DNA of 64,000 nt from Butyrivibrio sp. (lineage in GTDB: Bacteria > Bacillota > Clostridia > Lachnospirales > Lachnospiraceae), in assembly GCF_017433805.1 (NCBI RefSeq), contig NZ_JAFRGN010000020.1, positions 7,514-71,513 on the forward strand, read 5' to 3'. Position numbers and translations under genes: made by a program. Positions 48,058 through 57,738 of the stretch are shown piece after piece (positions within the stretch are counted from its first letter, which is position 1; each line of letters begins with the position of its first letter). The notes beneath the pieces are model-generated. The model had not been told where the DNA came from. It did no database searches and saw nothing but the letters and a program-made list of their open reading frames with translations.

Positions 48058-48897
48058 GTGAAAAAAGGGCTTGTACTTGAGGGCGGCGCTATGCGAGGTA
48101 TGTTTACCTGCGGCGTTTTGGATGTTTTAATGGAAAACGATATTTCTTTTGACGGGGCAGTAGGAGTGTCGGCAGGAGCTACCTTTGGCTGCAATATCAA
48201 GTCCCATCAGATAGGCCGTGCCTACAGATATAACAAGAAGTACTGCTCAGATCCCCGCTATCACAGTATCAGATCACTTATCACCACTGGTGATATCTAT
48301 AACGTGCCATTTTGCTACGATGAGCTTCCCTATAGGCTTGATAAATGGGATACCAAGGCTTTTGCAGACAGCCCAATGGAGTTTTACTGCGTGGTTACTG
48401 ACATTAACACAGGAAGACCCGTTTATCACAAATGCAATGATGGACAAAAAGAGGACATCACCTGGATTCAGGCATCCGCTTCTATGCCGATTGTTTCAAG
48501 GCCAGTTCACATTGACGGCGGAGTGTATCTGGACGGTGGAATCTCAGATTCAATTCCTCTTAAATTTATGGAAGATAAGGGCTATGACGACATACTGGTC
48601 GTAGAGACCCAGCCAGTTGACTATGTCAAAGGCAAACAGAAATACATGCCAGTTGTCAGATGGTCACTCAGGAAGTATCCCAATATGATTAAGTGCATGG
48701 AAGAGCGCTATATTATGTATAACGAGGAAAAGAAATACATAAGGCAGCAGGAGCTTGCCGGTAAAGTACGAGTAATAAGGCCCAAGGAGCCACTTAATAT
48801 AAGCTCGATAGAAAAAGATCCAGCCCAGATAGAGAGAGTTTATAAACTGGGAAGACAGGCGGGGGAGGAGTACCTCGCAAAGGAGAAGCAAAAATGA
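48058..48897 (+). CDS. Patatin-like phospholipase/acyl hydrolase
   Basis: GGAMRG oxyanion loop, GVSAG nucleophile elbow, LDGG. GTG start 48058 behind GAGAGG. Confidence 0.9.
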   Translation: MKKGLVLEGGAMRGMFTCGVLDVLMENDISFDGAVGVSAGATFGCNIKSHQIGRAYRYNKKYCSDPRYHSIRSLITTGDIYNVPFCYDELPYRLDKWDTKAFADSPMEFYCVVTDINTGRPVYHKCNDGQKEDITWIQASASMPIVSRPVHIDGGVYLDGGISDSIPLKFMEDKGYDDILVVETQPVDYVKGKQKYMPVVRWSLRKYPNMIKCMEERYIMYNEEKKYIRQQELAGKVRVIRPKEPLNISSIEKDPAQIERVYKLGRQAGEEYLAKEKQK

Positions 48898-50957
48898 AGA
48901 AAGAATATGAACCACTGTTTACGCCCTGGAAGATTGGAAATTGTGAGATCAAGAATAGAATAGTCCTTACTTCTATGGGCGGTACAGACCTCTTTGGATG
49001 GATGGAAAAGAACCATTTTGATAAGGCAGGAGCAGACTTTATTCTGGAAGTTGCAAGGAACAACGCAGGACTTGTGCTTCCTGGATGCCAGCCAGTTTAC
49101 AATCCAATGTTTGGTCAGTGGCTTTATACCAATAAGAAAATGTATCAGGACCTTGCTGAGTGGATGAAGGAGTTCCACAAGACAGGAGCCAAGCTTTTTG
49201 TGCAGCTCACTGCCGGCTTCGGACGCTCTTTTACCATAAGTCCTATGATGGAAAAATTATATACCAACAAGGTGCTCAGAGTCCTCAGTAAGCCTGTAAT
49301 GGACCTTGATAAGATCACAGCATCAGCCAGCGATTCACCTAACCGCTGGTCAGACGTGGTGCCATCAAGAGCCCTCACTGTTGACGAGATTCATGAATAT
49401 GTAACTGCCTTTGGTAAGACTGCAGAGCTTCTCAAGAAGGCCGGCGTTGACGGCGTTGAGGTTCATGCGGTTCATGAAGGATACCTTTTGGACCAGTTCA
49501 CACTTGATTATGTCAACAAAAGAACTGACGAATACGGCGGAAGCTTCGAGAACAAGTACCGTTTTGCCTGCGAGATAGTTCAGGAGATCAAGAAAAAATG
49601 TGGTAAGGATTTCCCTGTTTCCCTTCGCTACAGCGTAATCTCCAAGACAAGAGGCTTCAGACAGGGAGCGCTTCCAGGGGAAGACTACGACGAAGTTGGA
49701 CGTGACTTTGAAGAGAGCAAAAGAGCTGCCAAATACCTGCAGGATGCTGGCTACGACATGCTCAACTGCGATAACGGAACCTATGATGCCTGGTACTGGG
49801 CACATCCTCCTATCTATATGCCTGAGAACTGTAACCTTGAGGATGTTGCAAACCTTCGTAAATACGTGGACATTCCAGTTGTCTGCGCTGGCAGAATGAA
49901 TCCAACAGTGGCAGCAGAGGCTGTTACAGCTGGAAGAATTGACGGAGCAGGCTTTGCAAGGCAGTTCCTTGCTGATACAGAGTGGGTAACCAAGCTCATG
50001 GCAGACAAAGAGGAGGATATCAGACCTTGTATCCTCTGTCATAACGGCTGCTTTAACATGTGCCACTACAAGGGAGTTCCTAATGATCAGGACCTTTCAG
50101 ACAGTCTGCACCTTGCAAGATGCGCAGTTAATGCCGAGACTATGCAGAAGGATAAACATCACATAAAGAAGACCAAGCACCCTAAAAAGGTTATCATCAT
50201 CGGCGGCGGTATTGGTGGTATGGAGGCTGCAAGAGTACTTAAGCTTCGTGGCCACGAGCCTGTTATCTATGAGAAAACTGATGAGCTTGGTGGAACCTTC
50301 ATTGCTGCAAGTGCAGAATCCTATAAGGGTAAGCTCCGCGATCTTCTTGCATGGTATCGCAGACAGATGGAGCAGCTGGGAATCGAGATTCACTTTAATA
50401 CTGAGATAACCGATGTCAAAGAGTTTGGTAAGCACGACATTATCATTGCTACTGGCGCTGTTCCCAGAAAGCTTAAGAGTGTTCCGGGACATGAGCTCAT
50501 GATAGAGGCCTGTGAGTACCTTAGAGGCGCAGAGGTTGGTGATAAGGTCGTAGTAGTAGGCGGAGGCCTTACGGGTTGTGAAATTGCCTATGAGCTTGCA
50601 CTTCAGGGCAAGAAACCTGTCACTGTTGAGATGAAGGACGACATCATTTCACAGAAGGGTGTGTGCCTTGCAAACAGCTCATATCTCAGAGAATGGTTTG
50701 ATCTGTACAGAGTTCCAGTTTACCTTGAGACCACTCTCAAAGAGGTTTGGGAGGATTGCATCGTCTGCGTAGACAAAAATGGCAAGGAATTCACTATTGA
50801 CTGCGACAGCGTCATCAGTAGTGCCGGCTATATTCCTAATCCTGTTGTCAAAGAAAATGAGAGAGAGAGCAACATGGACTATATTGGCGACTGCAAGCAG
50901 GTAGGGAATCTTAGAAGCGTAATATGGCGTGCATACGAGGTAGCTATGCGCATCTGA
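48894..50957 (+). CDS. 2-enoate reductase-like flavoenzyme (OYE barrel + [4Fe-4S] + FAD/NAD domain)
   Basis: QLTAGFGR, VHAVHEGYLLDQF, YDAWYWAHPP, CILCHNGC...C cluster, GGGIGG and GGGLTG dinucleotide motifs. Confidence 0.82.
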   Translation: MKKEYEPLFTPWKIGNCEIKNRIVLTSMGGTDLFGWMEKNHFDKAGADFILEVARNNAGLVLPGCQPVYNPMFGQWLYTNKKMYQDLAEWMKEFHKTGAKLFVQLTAGFGRSFTISPMMEKLYTNKVLRVLSKPVMDLDKITASASDSPNRWSDVVPSRALTVDEIHEYVTAFGKTAELLKKAGVDGVEVHAVHEGYLLDQFTLDYVNKRTDEYGGSFENKYRFACEIVQEIKKKCGKDFPVSLRYSVISKTRGFRQGALPGEDYDEVGRDFEESKRAAKYLQDAGYDMLNCDNGTYDAWYWAHPPIYMPENCNLEDVANLRKYVDIPVVCAGRMNPTVAAEAVTAGRIDGAGFARQFLADTEWVTKLMADKEEDIRPCILCHNGCFNMCHYKGVPNDQDLSDSLHLARCAVNAETMQKDKHHIKKTKHPKKVIIIGGGIGGMEAARVLKLRGHEPVIYEKTDELGGTFIAASAESYKGKLRDLLAWYRRQMEQLGIEIHFNTEITDVKEFGKHDIIIATGAVPRKLKSVPGHELMIEACEYLRGAEVGDKVVVVGGGLTGCEIAYELALQGKKPVTVEMKDDIISQKGVCLANSSYLREWFDLYRVPVYLETTLKEVWEDCIVCVDKNGKEFTIDCDSVISSAGYIPNPVVKENERESNMDYIGDCKQVGNLRSVIWRAYEVAMRI

Positions 50958-51034
50958 CGCAGAATTAATTTACGACATAAATTTAATCCAAATTTAATAA
51001 TAGTTAATACTTAATATAGAGTATTAATTAACGG

Positions 51035-51071
51035 TAGAGTGCTACAATTGATTGTGTGGCACTCTATTTTT
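51035..51071 (+). terminator. Intrinsic terminator
   Basis: tagagtgctac/gtggcactcta stem followed by ttttt. Confidence 0.7.
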
Positions 51072-51107
51072 ATTTAATTTATAAAAGAAACAGGAGATCA
51101 GAGAACT

Positions 51108-52163
51108 ATGAATATCTTTTACGGTAAAAGCGCTTCTGGCAGAGTTTCAGAGGCTGTTAGCGGACTTGGAACAGCAAAGCTTATTATCATGACTAGTTCT
51201 GCAGATGATTTTGAAGAGAACGTTCAGGCACTTGAAAAGCTCTATCCTGGCGTGCCAAGCATTGCGTGCGTAGGAATGGGCTATGACACAGCCATTCTTG
51301 AAAAAGGAACCTTTGTTATGGCCTTTAAGGATGGTGTTTCTGTTGCGACAGGAGTTCTGGAGAAAGTTTCTGTATCTCCTGCAAGATATATTACCAGGGT
51401 AGAAAAAGATATTGAGTCTGTTCGTCCGGGAAGAGAGAACACAGCTATCATCGATTTCTGCACAGGTAATGATGCAGCTGTTCTCACAACTTTAAGCGCT
51501 CTTGTTGATAAGTACAACCTACAGGTAATGGGAGCAACAGGCGATGCTGGTAAAGTTGCTGTAAATGGAACGGTTTATCAGGATGCCATGGTATATGCTG
51601 TTATCAAGAATGAGGGAGGTAGAGTTAAGACCTATAAGGAGAACATCTACGTACCTAAGGATAACAAGCAGCTCATAGCTTCCAAGACAGATAAATCCAA
51701 GTATTATCTAGGAGAGCTCAATGGTCGCCCGGCTAAACAGCTGTACATGGAGCTTACAGGTGCTGCGGAGAATAAGGTTGTAGATCAGACCTTCAAAAAT
51801 CCATTTGGTAAGATGATGGGTGATGATGTCTGCATCGTTTCCCTCAAAGATGTTTCCGGAAATGGACTTATCCTATACAGACAGATCAACGACTCAGATA
51901 TCCTGACACTTCTCGAAATGAGAGACCCAATGGAAATCGCGCAGTCCACGGTCAATAAGATCAAAAATGATTTCTCACATATTTCTGCTATTTATTCAGT
52001 CAACTGCATATTCAGATATTTGGTATTAAAAGACAGAAGCGAGCTAGGAACATATCTTAGCAAGATAGGAACACTTGGAACCAGCTGTGGTCTTGTTGGA
52101 TTTGGTGAGCATTACAACACTCAGTTTGTTAACCAGACAATGACCTGTGTAGTATTCGAATGA
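51108..52163 (+). CDS. FIST-domain (FIST_N + FIST_C; NosP-like) sensor protein
   Basis: GATGD, ELNGRPA, VNCIFR, C-terminal [19 protein letters not shown]. Confidence 0.8.
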   Translation: MNIFYGKSASGRVSEAVSGLGTAKLIIMTSSADDFEENVQALEKLYPGVPSIACVGMGYDTAILEKGTFVMAFKDGVSVATGVLEKVSVSPARYITRVEKDIESVRPGRENTAIIDFCTGNDAAVLTTLSALVDKYNLQVMGATGDAGKVAVNGTVYQDAMVYAVIKNEGGRVKTYKENIYVPKDNKQLIASKTDKSKYYLGELNGRPAKQLYMELTGAAENKVVDQTFKNPFGKMMGDDVCIVSLKDVSGNGLILYRQINDSDILTLLEMRDPMEIAQSTVNKIKNDFSHISAIYSVNCIFRYLVLKDRSELGTYLSKIGTLGTSCGLVGFGEHYNTQFVNQTMTCVVFE

Positions 52164-52176
52164 TGAGGAGATAGAA

Positions 52177-53136
52177 ATGTTTGAGAACATGTTTGGAAAA
52201 AAGAATGAGCAGGAACCTGTAGCTGTTCAGGCTAAGCCTGATAATAGTTTTGAAGAGCGTTCCAGATCACTTGTCTATATCGCAAACTCCATCAAGGACT
52301 GCCAGAAAAAGCTGGTAGAAAATGAGGTTAAATCTCTTACAGAGATCCATGATATGGGCGAAGCTGTCAACGATGTTATGGAGAGTAACATACAGCTTCG
52401 TGATGAGATGACAAACTTCAACGAGATGTTCGAAGCAGTTAACCAGAGCGCTTCCAAGTTCGAGGATGTTAAGCAGAATATCCTGAGCAGCGTTCATAAT
52501 GCACAGGACAAGGTTGAAGAGCTTAAGACAAGTTCAAATGAAGTGAGATCCAGCTTTGATGAGATGTCCAGAGGTTTTGAGTCCTTCAAGGAATCAGTTG
52601 ATCAGATCTCTGATTACATGAAAAAGATCATCAGCATCGCTTCACAGACTAACCTCCTTGCACTTAATGCTTCTATTGAGGCTGCAAGAGCCGGAGCAGC
52701 AGGTAAAGGCTTTGCCGTAGTTGCTACGGAAGTAAGAGAGCTTGCAGATGAGATCAAGACTATGATCGATCAGGTTAATGCTTCAATTGCCAATGCAGGA
52801 GAAGAGAGTGAGAAGCTCTCAGCCAGTATGGAAAACTCAATTGCAGCCATGGATAAGAGCCTTCAGGAAGTTGAGGCGACTCATGCTACCTTTGATGAGA
52901 TCATTGAGAGCACAAATGGAGCTAATGCAGTTCAGCAGGAAATCGCAGATACTGCGGACATAGCTTCTGATGAGCTCAAAAAGATCGGCAGTAAATTCGA
53001 TGATGTTAACAGGAAATTTGATGATCTGGCTGTTCAGCTGGATAGAGTTAATTCCATGGGAACTACCAAGAGTAGCGTATTCGAGAACATCGACAATCTG
53101 GTTTCCCAGATTGAGCCAATTGTAAAAGAGAAATAA
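52177..53136 (+). CDS. Soluble methyl-accepting chemotaxis protein (signalling domain only)
   Basis: [37 protein letters not shown] hairpin tip; no TM helix. Confidence 0.9.
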   Translation: MFENMFGKKNEQEPVAVQAKPDNSFEERSRSLVYIANSIKDCQKKLVENEVKSLTEIHDMGEAVNDVMESNIQLRDEMTNFNEMFEAVNQSASKFEDVKQNILSSVHNAQDKVEELKTSSNEVRSSFDEMSRGFESFKESVDQISDYMKKIISIASQTNLLALNASIEAARAGAAGKGFAVVATEVRELADEIKTMIDQVNASIANAGEESEKLSASMENSIAAMDKSLQEVEATHATFDEIIESTNGANAVQQEIADTADIASDELKKIGSKFDDVNRKFDDLAVQLDRVNSMGTTKSSVFENIDNLVSQIEPIVKEK

Positions 53137-53160
53137 TAAATATTTCAATACTAACAATGA

Positions 53161-53197
53161 GAAACTATCAGTGGTAAAATACTGATAGTTTCTTTTG
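53161..53197 (+). terminator. Intrinsic terminator
   Basis: 12-bp perfect stem gaaactatcagt/actgatagtttc followed by tttt. Confidence 0.8.
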
Positions 53198-53225
53198 TAT
53201 TAATGACAAATGAGGAGAATAAAGT

Positions 53226-55256
53226 ATGGTATTCGAATGTAGAGATAACGCACTTTGCTTTAAGAAGCAGGGAGAAACAGTTTTGATCGAGGCTTGGGGA
53301 GAGGATTCCCTTCGAGTTCGCGCAACTATGAACAGGAACTTTACTGGCAGAAACTGGGCTCTTACAGAGGCAGTAGCTCCTACTAAGGCAGAAGTTAAGA
53401 CATATATAGTTCCAGAGAAAACAGGTGAAGGAACTATCCAGGATAACGAGTGGGCCAGCATCACAAATGGTCGCATCAGAGCAGAGGTCAACTATGCGGG
53501 AGTGATTTCTCTTTTCCGTGATGACAAGCTCTTTTTACGTGAATATTTCAGATCCTACGGCGGCACTATCTCCAAGGAGAGCAGATGCCTTAAGCTAGTA
53601 AACAGAGAGTGGAAGGGCCTTTACGGCGGAGATAACTATTCTCTTAAGGTTCGCTTTGAGAGTAACGACGGCGAGAAGATCTTTGGTATGGGACAGTACC
53701 AACAGCAGCAGATGGACTTAAAGGGCTGCACACTTGAGCTTGCCCAGAGAAATTCACAGGCTTCAGTTCCTTTTGCTGTTTCCAATCTTGGTTATGGACT
53801 TTTGTGGAATAACCCGGGCGTTGGTCAGGTTACCTTTGGTGGCAACATGACTCTCTGGGATATGAGATCAACCAAGGAGATGGACTACTACGTTACTGTA
53901 GCCGACACTCCTAAGGAGATTGTGGCTAATTATACTAAGGCTACAGGACATGCTGGCGAGTTCCCTGAAGAGCTCATGGGACTTTGGCAGTGTAAGCTCA
54001 GATATCGTACACAGGAGGAAGTTCTTTCTATCGCCAGAAAGTACAAGGAGCTCGGTATTCACATCGACCAGATCATCATCGACTTCTTCCACTGGACATA
54101 TCAGGGCGACTGGAAATTCGATACCAAGTACTGGCCAGATCCTAAGGCTATGATTGACGAGCTCCACAGCATGGGTATCAGAGTAATCGTATCTGTATGG
54201 CCATCTGTAGACAGAAAGAGTGAGAACTTCTACCCAATGCTGGAAAAGGGCCTTCTTATCAAGACAGAACGCGGTGCCCTCCAGACCTATGACTATCAGG
54301 GCGACTGTGTAGAAATAGACGCCTTTAATCCTGAGACAAGAGATTATGTCTGGGAGATTTGTAAAAAGAACTACTATGACTTTGGAATTGATGGCTTCTG
54401 GCTTGATAATTCAGAGCCTGATTATGGTGTATATGATTTTGAAAACTTCAGATACAGCGAGGGTACAGCACTTGAAGTTACTAATATGTATCCTCAGATG
54501 TATTCAAGAGCATACTATGATAAGATGAAGGACCTCAGAGATGGCAAGGTTGTTAACCTTCTTCGCTGTGCATGGGCAGGAAGCCAGAAGTACGGCAACG
54601 TTGTATGGTCAGGTGATGTACCAAGTACCTTTGAATCTCTTCAGGATCAGGTACAGTGCGGTATCAACATGGGGCTTGCTGGTATTCCATGGTGGAATAC
54701 TGATATCGGCGGCTTCATGACAGATGATGTCAACGATCCTGATTTCAGACAGCTCCTTATCAGATGGTATCAGTTTGCTGTATTTACAGCAGTTATGAGA
54801 CTTCACGGAGATCGTGGCCCTTACAATATTCCAGCTCTTGATGATAGAGACTGGGGCGGCGGATATCTTCACACAGGCCAGGACAACGAGATGTGGAGCT
54901 ATGGCGATGACAACTTCAAGATCATGAAGAAGTACTATGACATCAGACAGGAGATGAAGCCTTATATCAAGCAGCTCTTTAACGAGGCTTCTACAAACGG
55001 CTCACCTCTTATGAGAGCTATGTTCTACGAGTTCCCTGAGGATGAGAAGTGCTGGACTATCAAGGATCAGTTCATGTTCGGTGACAAGTACCTTGTAGCA
55101 CCTATCCTTCATCTCAATGAGTTTGAGAGAGAAGTTTACCTTCCAAAGGGTGAGTGGAAGCTTACAAGCGATGGCACAAGCTACGCTGGTGGCCAGACTG
55201 TTAAGGTTAAGGCTCCTATTGAATATATGCCAGTATTTGAGCGTATATACGCGTAA
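53226..55256 (+). CDS. Glycoside hydrolase family 31 (alpha-xylosidase/alpha-glucosidase)
   Basis: GMGQ, IIDFFHW, FWLDNSEPD (nucleophile), VWSGD, WNTDIGGF, RWYQF, QFMFG, YLVAP. Confidence 0.9.
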   Translation: MVFECRDNALCFKKQGETVLIEAWGEDSLRVRATMNRNFTGRNWALTEAVAPTKAEVKTYIVPEKTGEGTIQDNEWASITNGRIRAEVNYAGVISLFRDDKLFLREYFRSYGGTISKESRCLKLVNREWKGLYGGDNYSLKVRFESNDGEKIFGMGQYQQQQMDLKGCTLELAQRNSQASVPFAVSNLGYGLLWNNPGVGQVTFGGNMTLWDMRSTKEMDYYVTVADTPKEIVANYTKATGHAGEFPEELMGLWQCKLRYRTQEEVLSIARKYKELGIHIDQIIIDFFHWTYQGDWKFDTKYWPDPKAMIDELHSMGIRVIVSVWPSVDRKSENFYPMLEKGLLIKTERGALQTYDYQGDCVEIDAFNPETRDYVWEICKKNYYDFGIDGFWLDNSEPDYGVYDFENFRYSEGTALEVTNMYPQMYSRAYYDKMKDLRDGKVVNLLRCAWAGSQKYGNVVWSGDVPSTFESLQDQVQCGINMGLAGIPWWNTDIGGFMTDDVNDPDFRQLLIRWYQFAVFTAVMRLHGDRGPYNIPALDDRDWGGGYLHTGQDNEMWSYGDDNFKIMKKYYDIRQEMKPYIKQLFNEASTNGSPLMRAMFYEFPEDEKCWTIKDQFMFGDKYLVAPILHLNEFEREVYLPKGEWKLTSDGTSYAGGQTVKVKAPIEYMPVFERIYA

Positions 55257-55275
55257 TTGTTAAGGAGAAAACATC

Positions 55276-56262
55276 ATGCCCAAGGGTGCAGGACAAAAAC
55301 TTAAGCTCTACCATCTGAGTCAGATCATGATCAAGAAAACTGATGATGAGCATTCTCTTACAATGCCTCAGATCATAGAGCTTTTGGCAGAAAAAGGAAT
55401 AAGTGCCGATAGAAAGAGTATTTACGACGATTTTGAAGCGCTTAGAGACATAGGTCTTGATATTATCGGAGAGCAGGTTGGAAGGGGCTACTACTATCAC
55501 GTTGGAGGCAAGAGGTTTGAGCTTGCAGAGCTGATGCTCCTTGTAGATGCCATCCAGTCTTCCAAGTTCATAACAGCCAGGAAATCAAGTGATCTTATCA
55601 AGAAGATAACTGACCTTGCAAGTGAGCATGAGGCCAAGCAATTAAAGCGTCAGGTGGTGGTTCAGGGCAGGATCAAGACCATGAATGAGAGTATCTATTA
55701 CCTAGTTGATGATATTCACAGAGCCATGGTGGAGAATAAGAGCATCACCTTCCAGTACCTTCAGTGGAATCTTGATAAGGTAATGGTTCCGAGGAAAGAT
55801 AAGCTCTATGTTACAAGTCCCTGGGCTCTTACATGGGACGATGAGAACTACTACCTTATCGGCTATGACCCTGAGGCTGGTAAGATCAAGCACTACCGCG
55901 TAGATAAGATGAAGGACATCAGATTAACTGATGACAAGCGCGTAGGTAAGGAAGAGTTTGAATCCTACGATATGGGATCATATTCCAAGCAGAACTTTGG
56001 AATGTTTGGTAAAAAAGAGACTACAATCGTTGATCTTGAATTCAACAATACCTTTGTTGGGATCATGATTGACAGATTTGGCAAGGAAATGCCAATAAGA
56101 GCTGCGGCCAAAGAGGGCTGGTCTAAGACGCACGTTGACGTATTTATCAGTGACCAGTTCTATGGCTGGGTATTTGCCATGGGGGGCAATGTCCGCATCA
56201 CAGGTCCGCAGAGGATTGTAGACGAATATAGAGGAGAGTTGCAGAAGCAGCTTGAAGAGTAA
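55276..56262 (+). CDS. WYL-domain transcriptional regulator (wHTH-WYL-WCX)
   Basis: N-terminal winged HTH (ADRKSIYDD), ITFQY, SPWALTW....YYLIGY, HYRVDKM; C-terminal WVFAMG. Confidence 0.85.
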   Translation: MPKGAGQKLKLYHLSQIMIKKTDDEHSLTMPQIIELLAEKGISADRKSIYDDFEALRDIGLDIIGEQVGRGYYYHVGGKRFELAELMLLVDAIQSSKFITARKSSDLIKKITDLASEHEAKQLKRQVVVQGRIKTMNESIYYLVDDIHRAMVENKSITFQYLQWNLDKVMVPRKDKLYVTSPWALTWDDENYYLIGYDPEAGKIKHYRVDKMKDIRLTDDKRVGKEEFESYDMGSYSKQNFGMFGKKETTIVDLEFNNTFVGIMIDRFGKEMPIRAAAKEGWSKTHVDVFISDQFYGWVFAMGGNVRITGPQRIVDEYRGELQKQLEE

Positions 56263-56294
56263 GGTATTTTCTAATTTGATTGGGGAGAAGACGA

Positions 56295-57695
56295 ATGTCA
56301 ATTGTGGGTGCGTTTATGGTTCCGCATCCTCCGCTGATCGTTCCACAGATCGGCAGAGGCGGCGAAGCCCAGATTTTAGAGACAACAAATGCATATAATA
56401 TAGTGGCGGACATGGTGGCTGAGCTCGAGCCTGAGACTATCATCATCACCAGTCCCCACGCTACTATGTATTCAGATTATTTTCATATTTCACCAGGGAA
56501 TGCTGCCACTGGTTCTTTTGCCCAGTTTGGAGCAGACGGGATCAAATTCCTCGAAGCTTACGATATGGAGCTTGTAATGCAAATAGAGAGCATTGCAAGG
56601 AAACAGGATTTTCCTGCAGGAACTCTTGGTGAAGTTGATAGGGATTTAGACCATGGAACTATGGTTCCTTTGTGGTTTATCAGACAGAAATATAAAGGCG
56701 GGAATATAGTCAGAATAGGACTTTCCGGCCTTCCATTAACTGACCATTATAAGCTTGGTCAGATTATCCAGAAAGCTGTAGATAAGTGCGGCCGCAGGGC
56801 TGTAGTTATCGCAAGCGGCGATCTTTCCCACAAGCTTCAGGAATATGGGCCTTATGGTTATGCTCCAGAGGGGCCTGTCTATGACCAGAAGATAATGGAT
56901 GTATGCTCCAGAGCTGCATTTAAGGAACTCCTTGATTTCGAAGAGGGGTTCTGCGAGAGAGCTGCTGAGTGTGGGCATAGGTCTTTTGTCATAATGGCTG
57001 GATGCCTTGATGGTGTCAGAGTTTCTGCTACCAAGCTGTCTCACCAGGACGTAACAGGTGTAGGCTACGGAATCTGCACCTTTATTCCAGGAGACAAGGA
57101 TTCCAAGAGGTGTTTTCTCAAAGAGTATTACAAGGACCTTGAGAGGAATATGGAAAAAGAGCTTGAGGCTTTCAGTAACAAGCCTGATCCTTATGTTAAA
57201 CTGGCCTATCAGACAGTCATTAACTATGTTGTTAAAGGCAAAAAGATGTCTGTACCTGACTATGTTACTACGGAGATGCTCAACATCAGAGCAGGAGCTT
57301 TTGTATCTATCCACAAAAATGGAAGACTTCGCGGTTGCATCGGAACAATCGCCCCGACCAGGGATAATGTGGCGCTAGAGATCATTGAGAACGGCATCAG
57401 CGCTGCAACAAGGGATCCAAGGTTTTCACCTATAGCACCGGAGGAACTCAAAGAGCTTGAGATAAACGTAGATGTTCTGGGAAGACCACAGGACATTTCA
57501 TCTATAGATGAGCTTGATGTGAAAAGATATGGTGTTATCGTTTCAAGTGGTATGAAGAGAGGACTTCTTTTACCAGACCTTGAAGGTGTTGATACGGTAG
57601 AGGAACAGGTGGCTATTGCCATGCAAAAGGGCGGTATTACTGAGGATGACGAAATCAAACTTCAAAGATTTGAGGTTATCAGACATACATGTTAA
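56295..57695 (+). CDS. Memo/LigB-like dioxygenase domain fused to AMMECR1 domain (AmmeMemoRadiSam B-A fusion)
   Basis: N-terminal PHPP, SPH, DHG, SGDLSH; C-terminal GAFVSI, LRGCIGT, DPRF, GLLLPDL. ATG 56295. Confidence 0.85.
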   Translation: MSIVGAFMVPHPPLIVPQIGRGGEAQILETTNAYNIVADMVAELEPETIIITSPHATMYSDYFHISPGNAATGSFAQFGADGIKFLEAYDMELVMQIESIARKQDFPAGTLGEVDRDLDHGTMVPLWFIRQKYKGGNIVRIGLSGLPLTDHYKLGQIIQKAVDKCGRRAVVIASGDLSHKLQEYGPYGYAPEGPVYDQKIMDVCSRAAFKELLDFEEGFCERAAECGHRSFVIMAGCLDGVRVSATKLSHQDVTGVGYGICTFIPGDKDSKRCFLKEYYKDLERNMEKELEAFSNKPDPYVKLAYQTVINYVVKGKKMSVPDYVTTEMLNIRAGAFVSIHKNGRLRGCIGTIAPTRDNVALEIIENGISAATRDPRFSPIAPEELKELEINVDVLGRPQDISSIDELDVKRYGVIVSSGMKRGLLLPDLEGVDTVEEQVAIAMQKGGITEDDEIKLQRFEVIRHTC

Positions 57696-57738
57696 TATAT
57701 TACTTTATGTAATAATATATTAATTTTTGAGGTTTGAT

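Noticed and set aside
48894-50957. Bilirubin reductase (BilR) or bile-acid BaiCD assignment
   Set aside because: No HGDR motif; the active-site segment HAVHEGY with YDAWYW fits enoate-reductase-type enzymes better.
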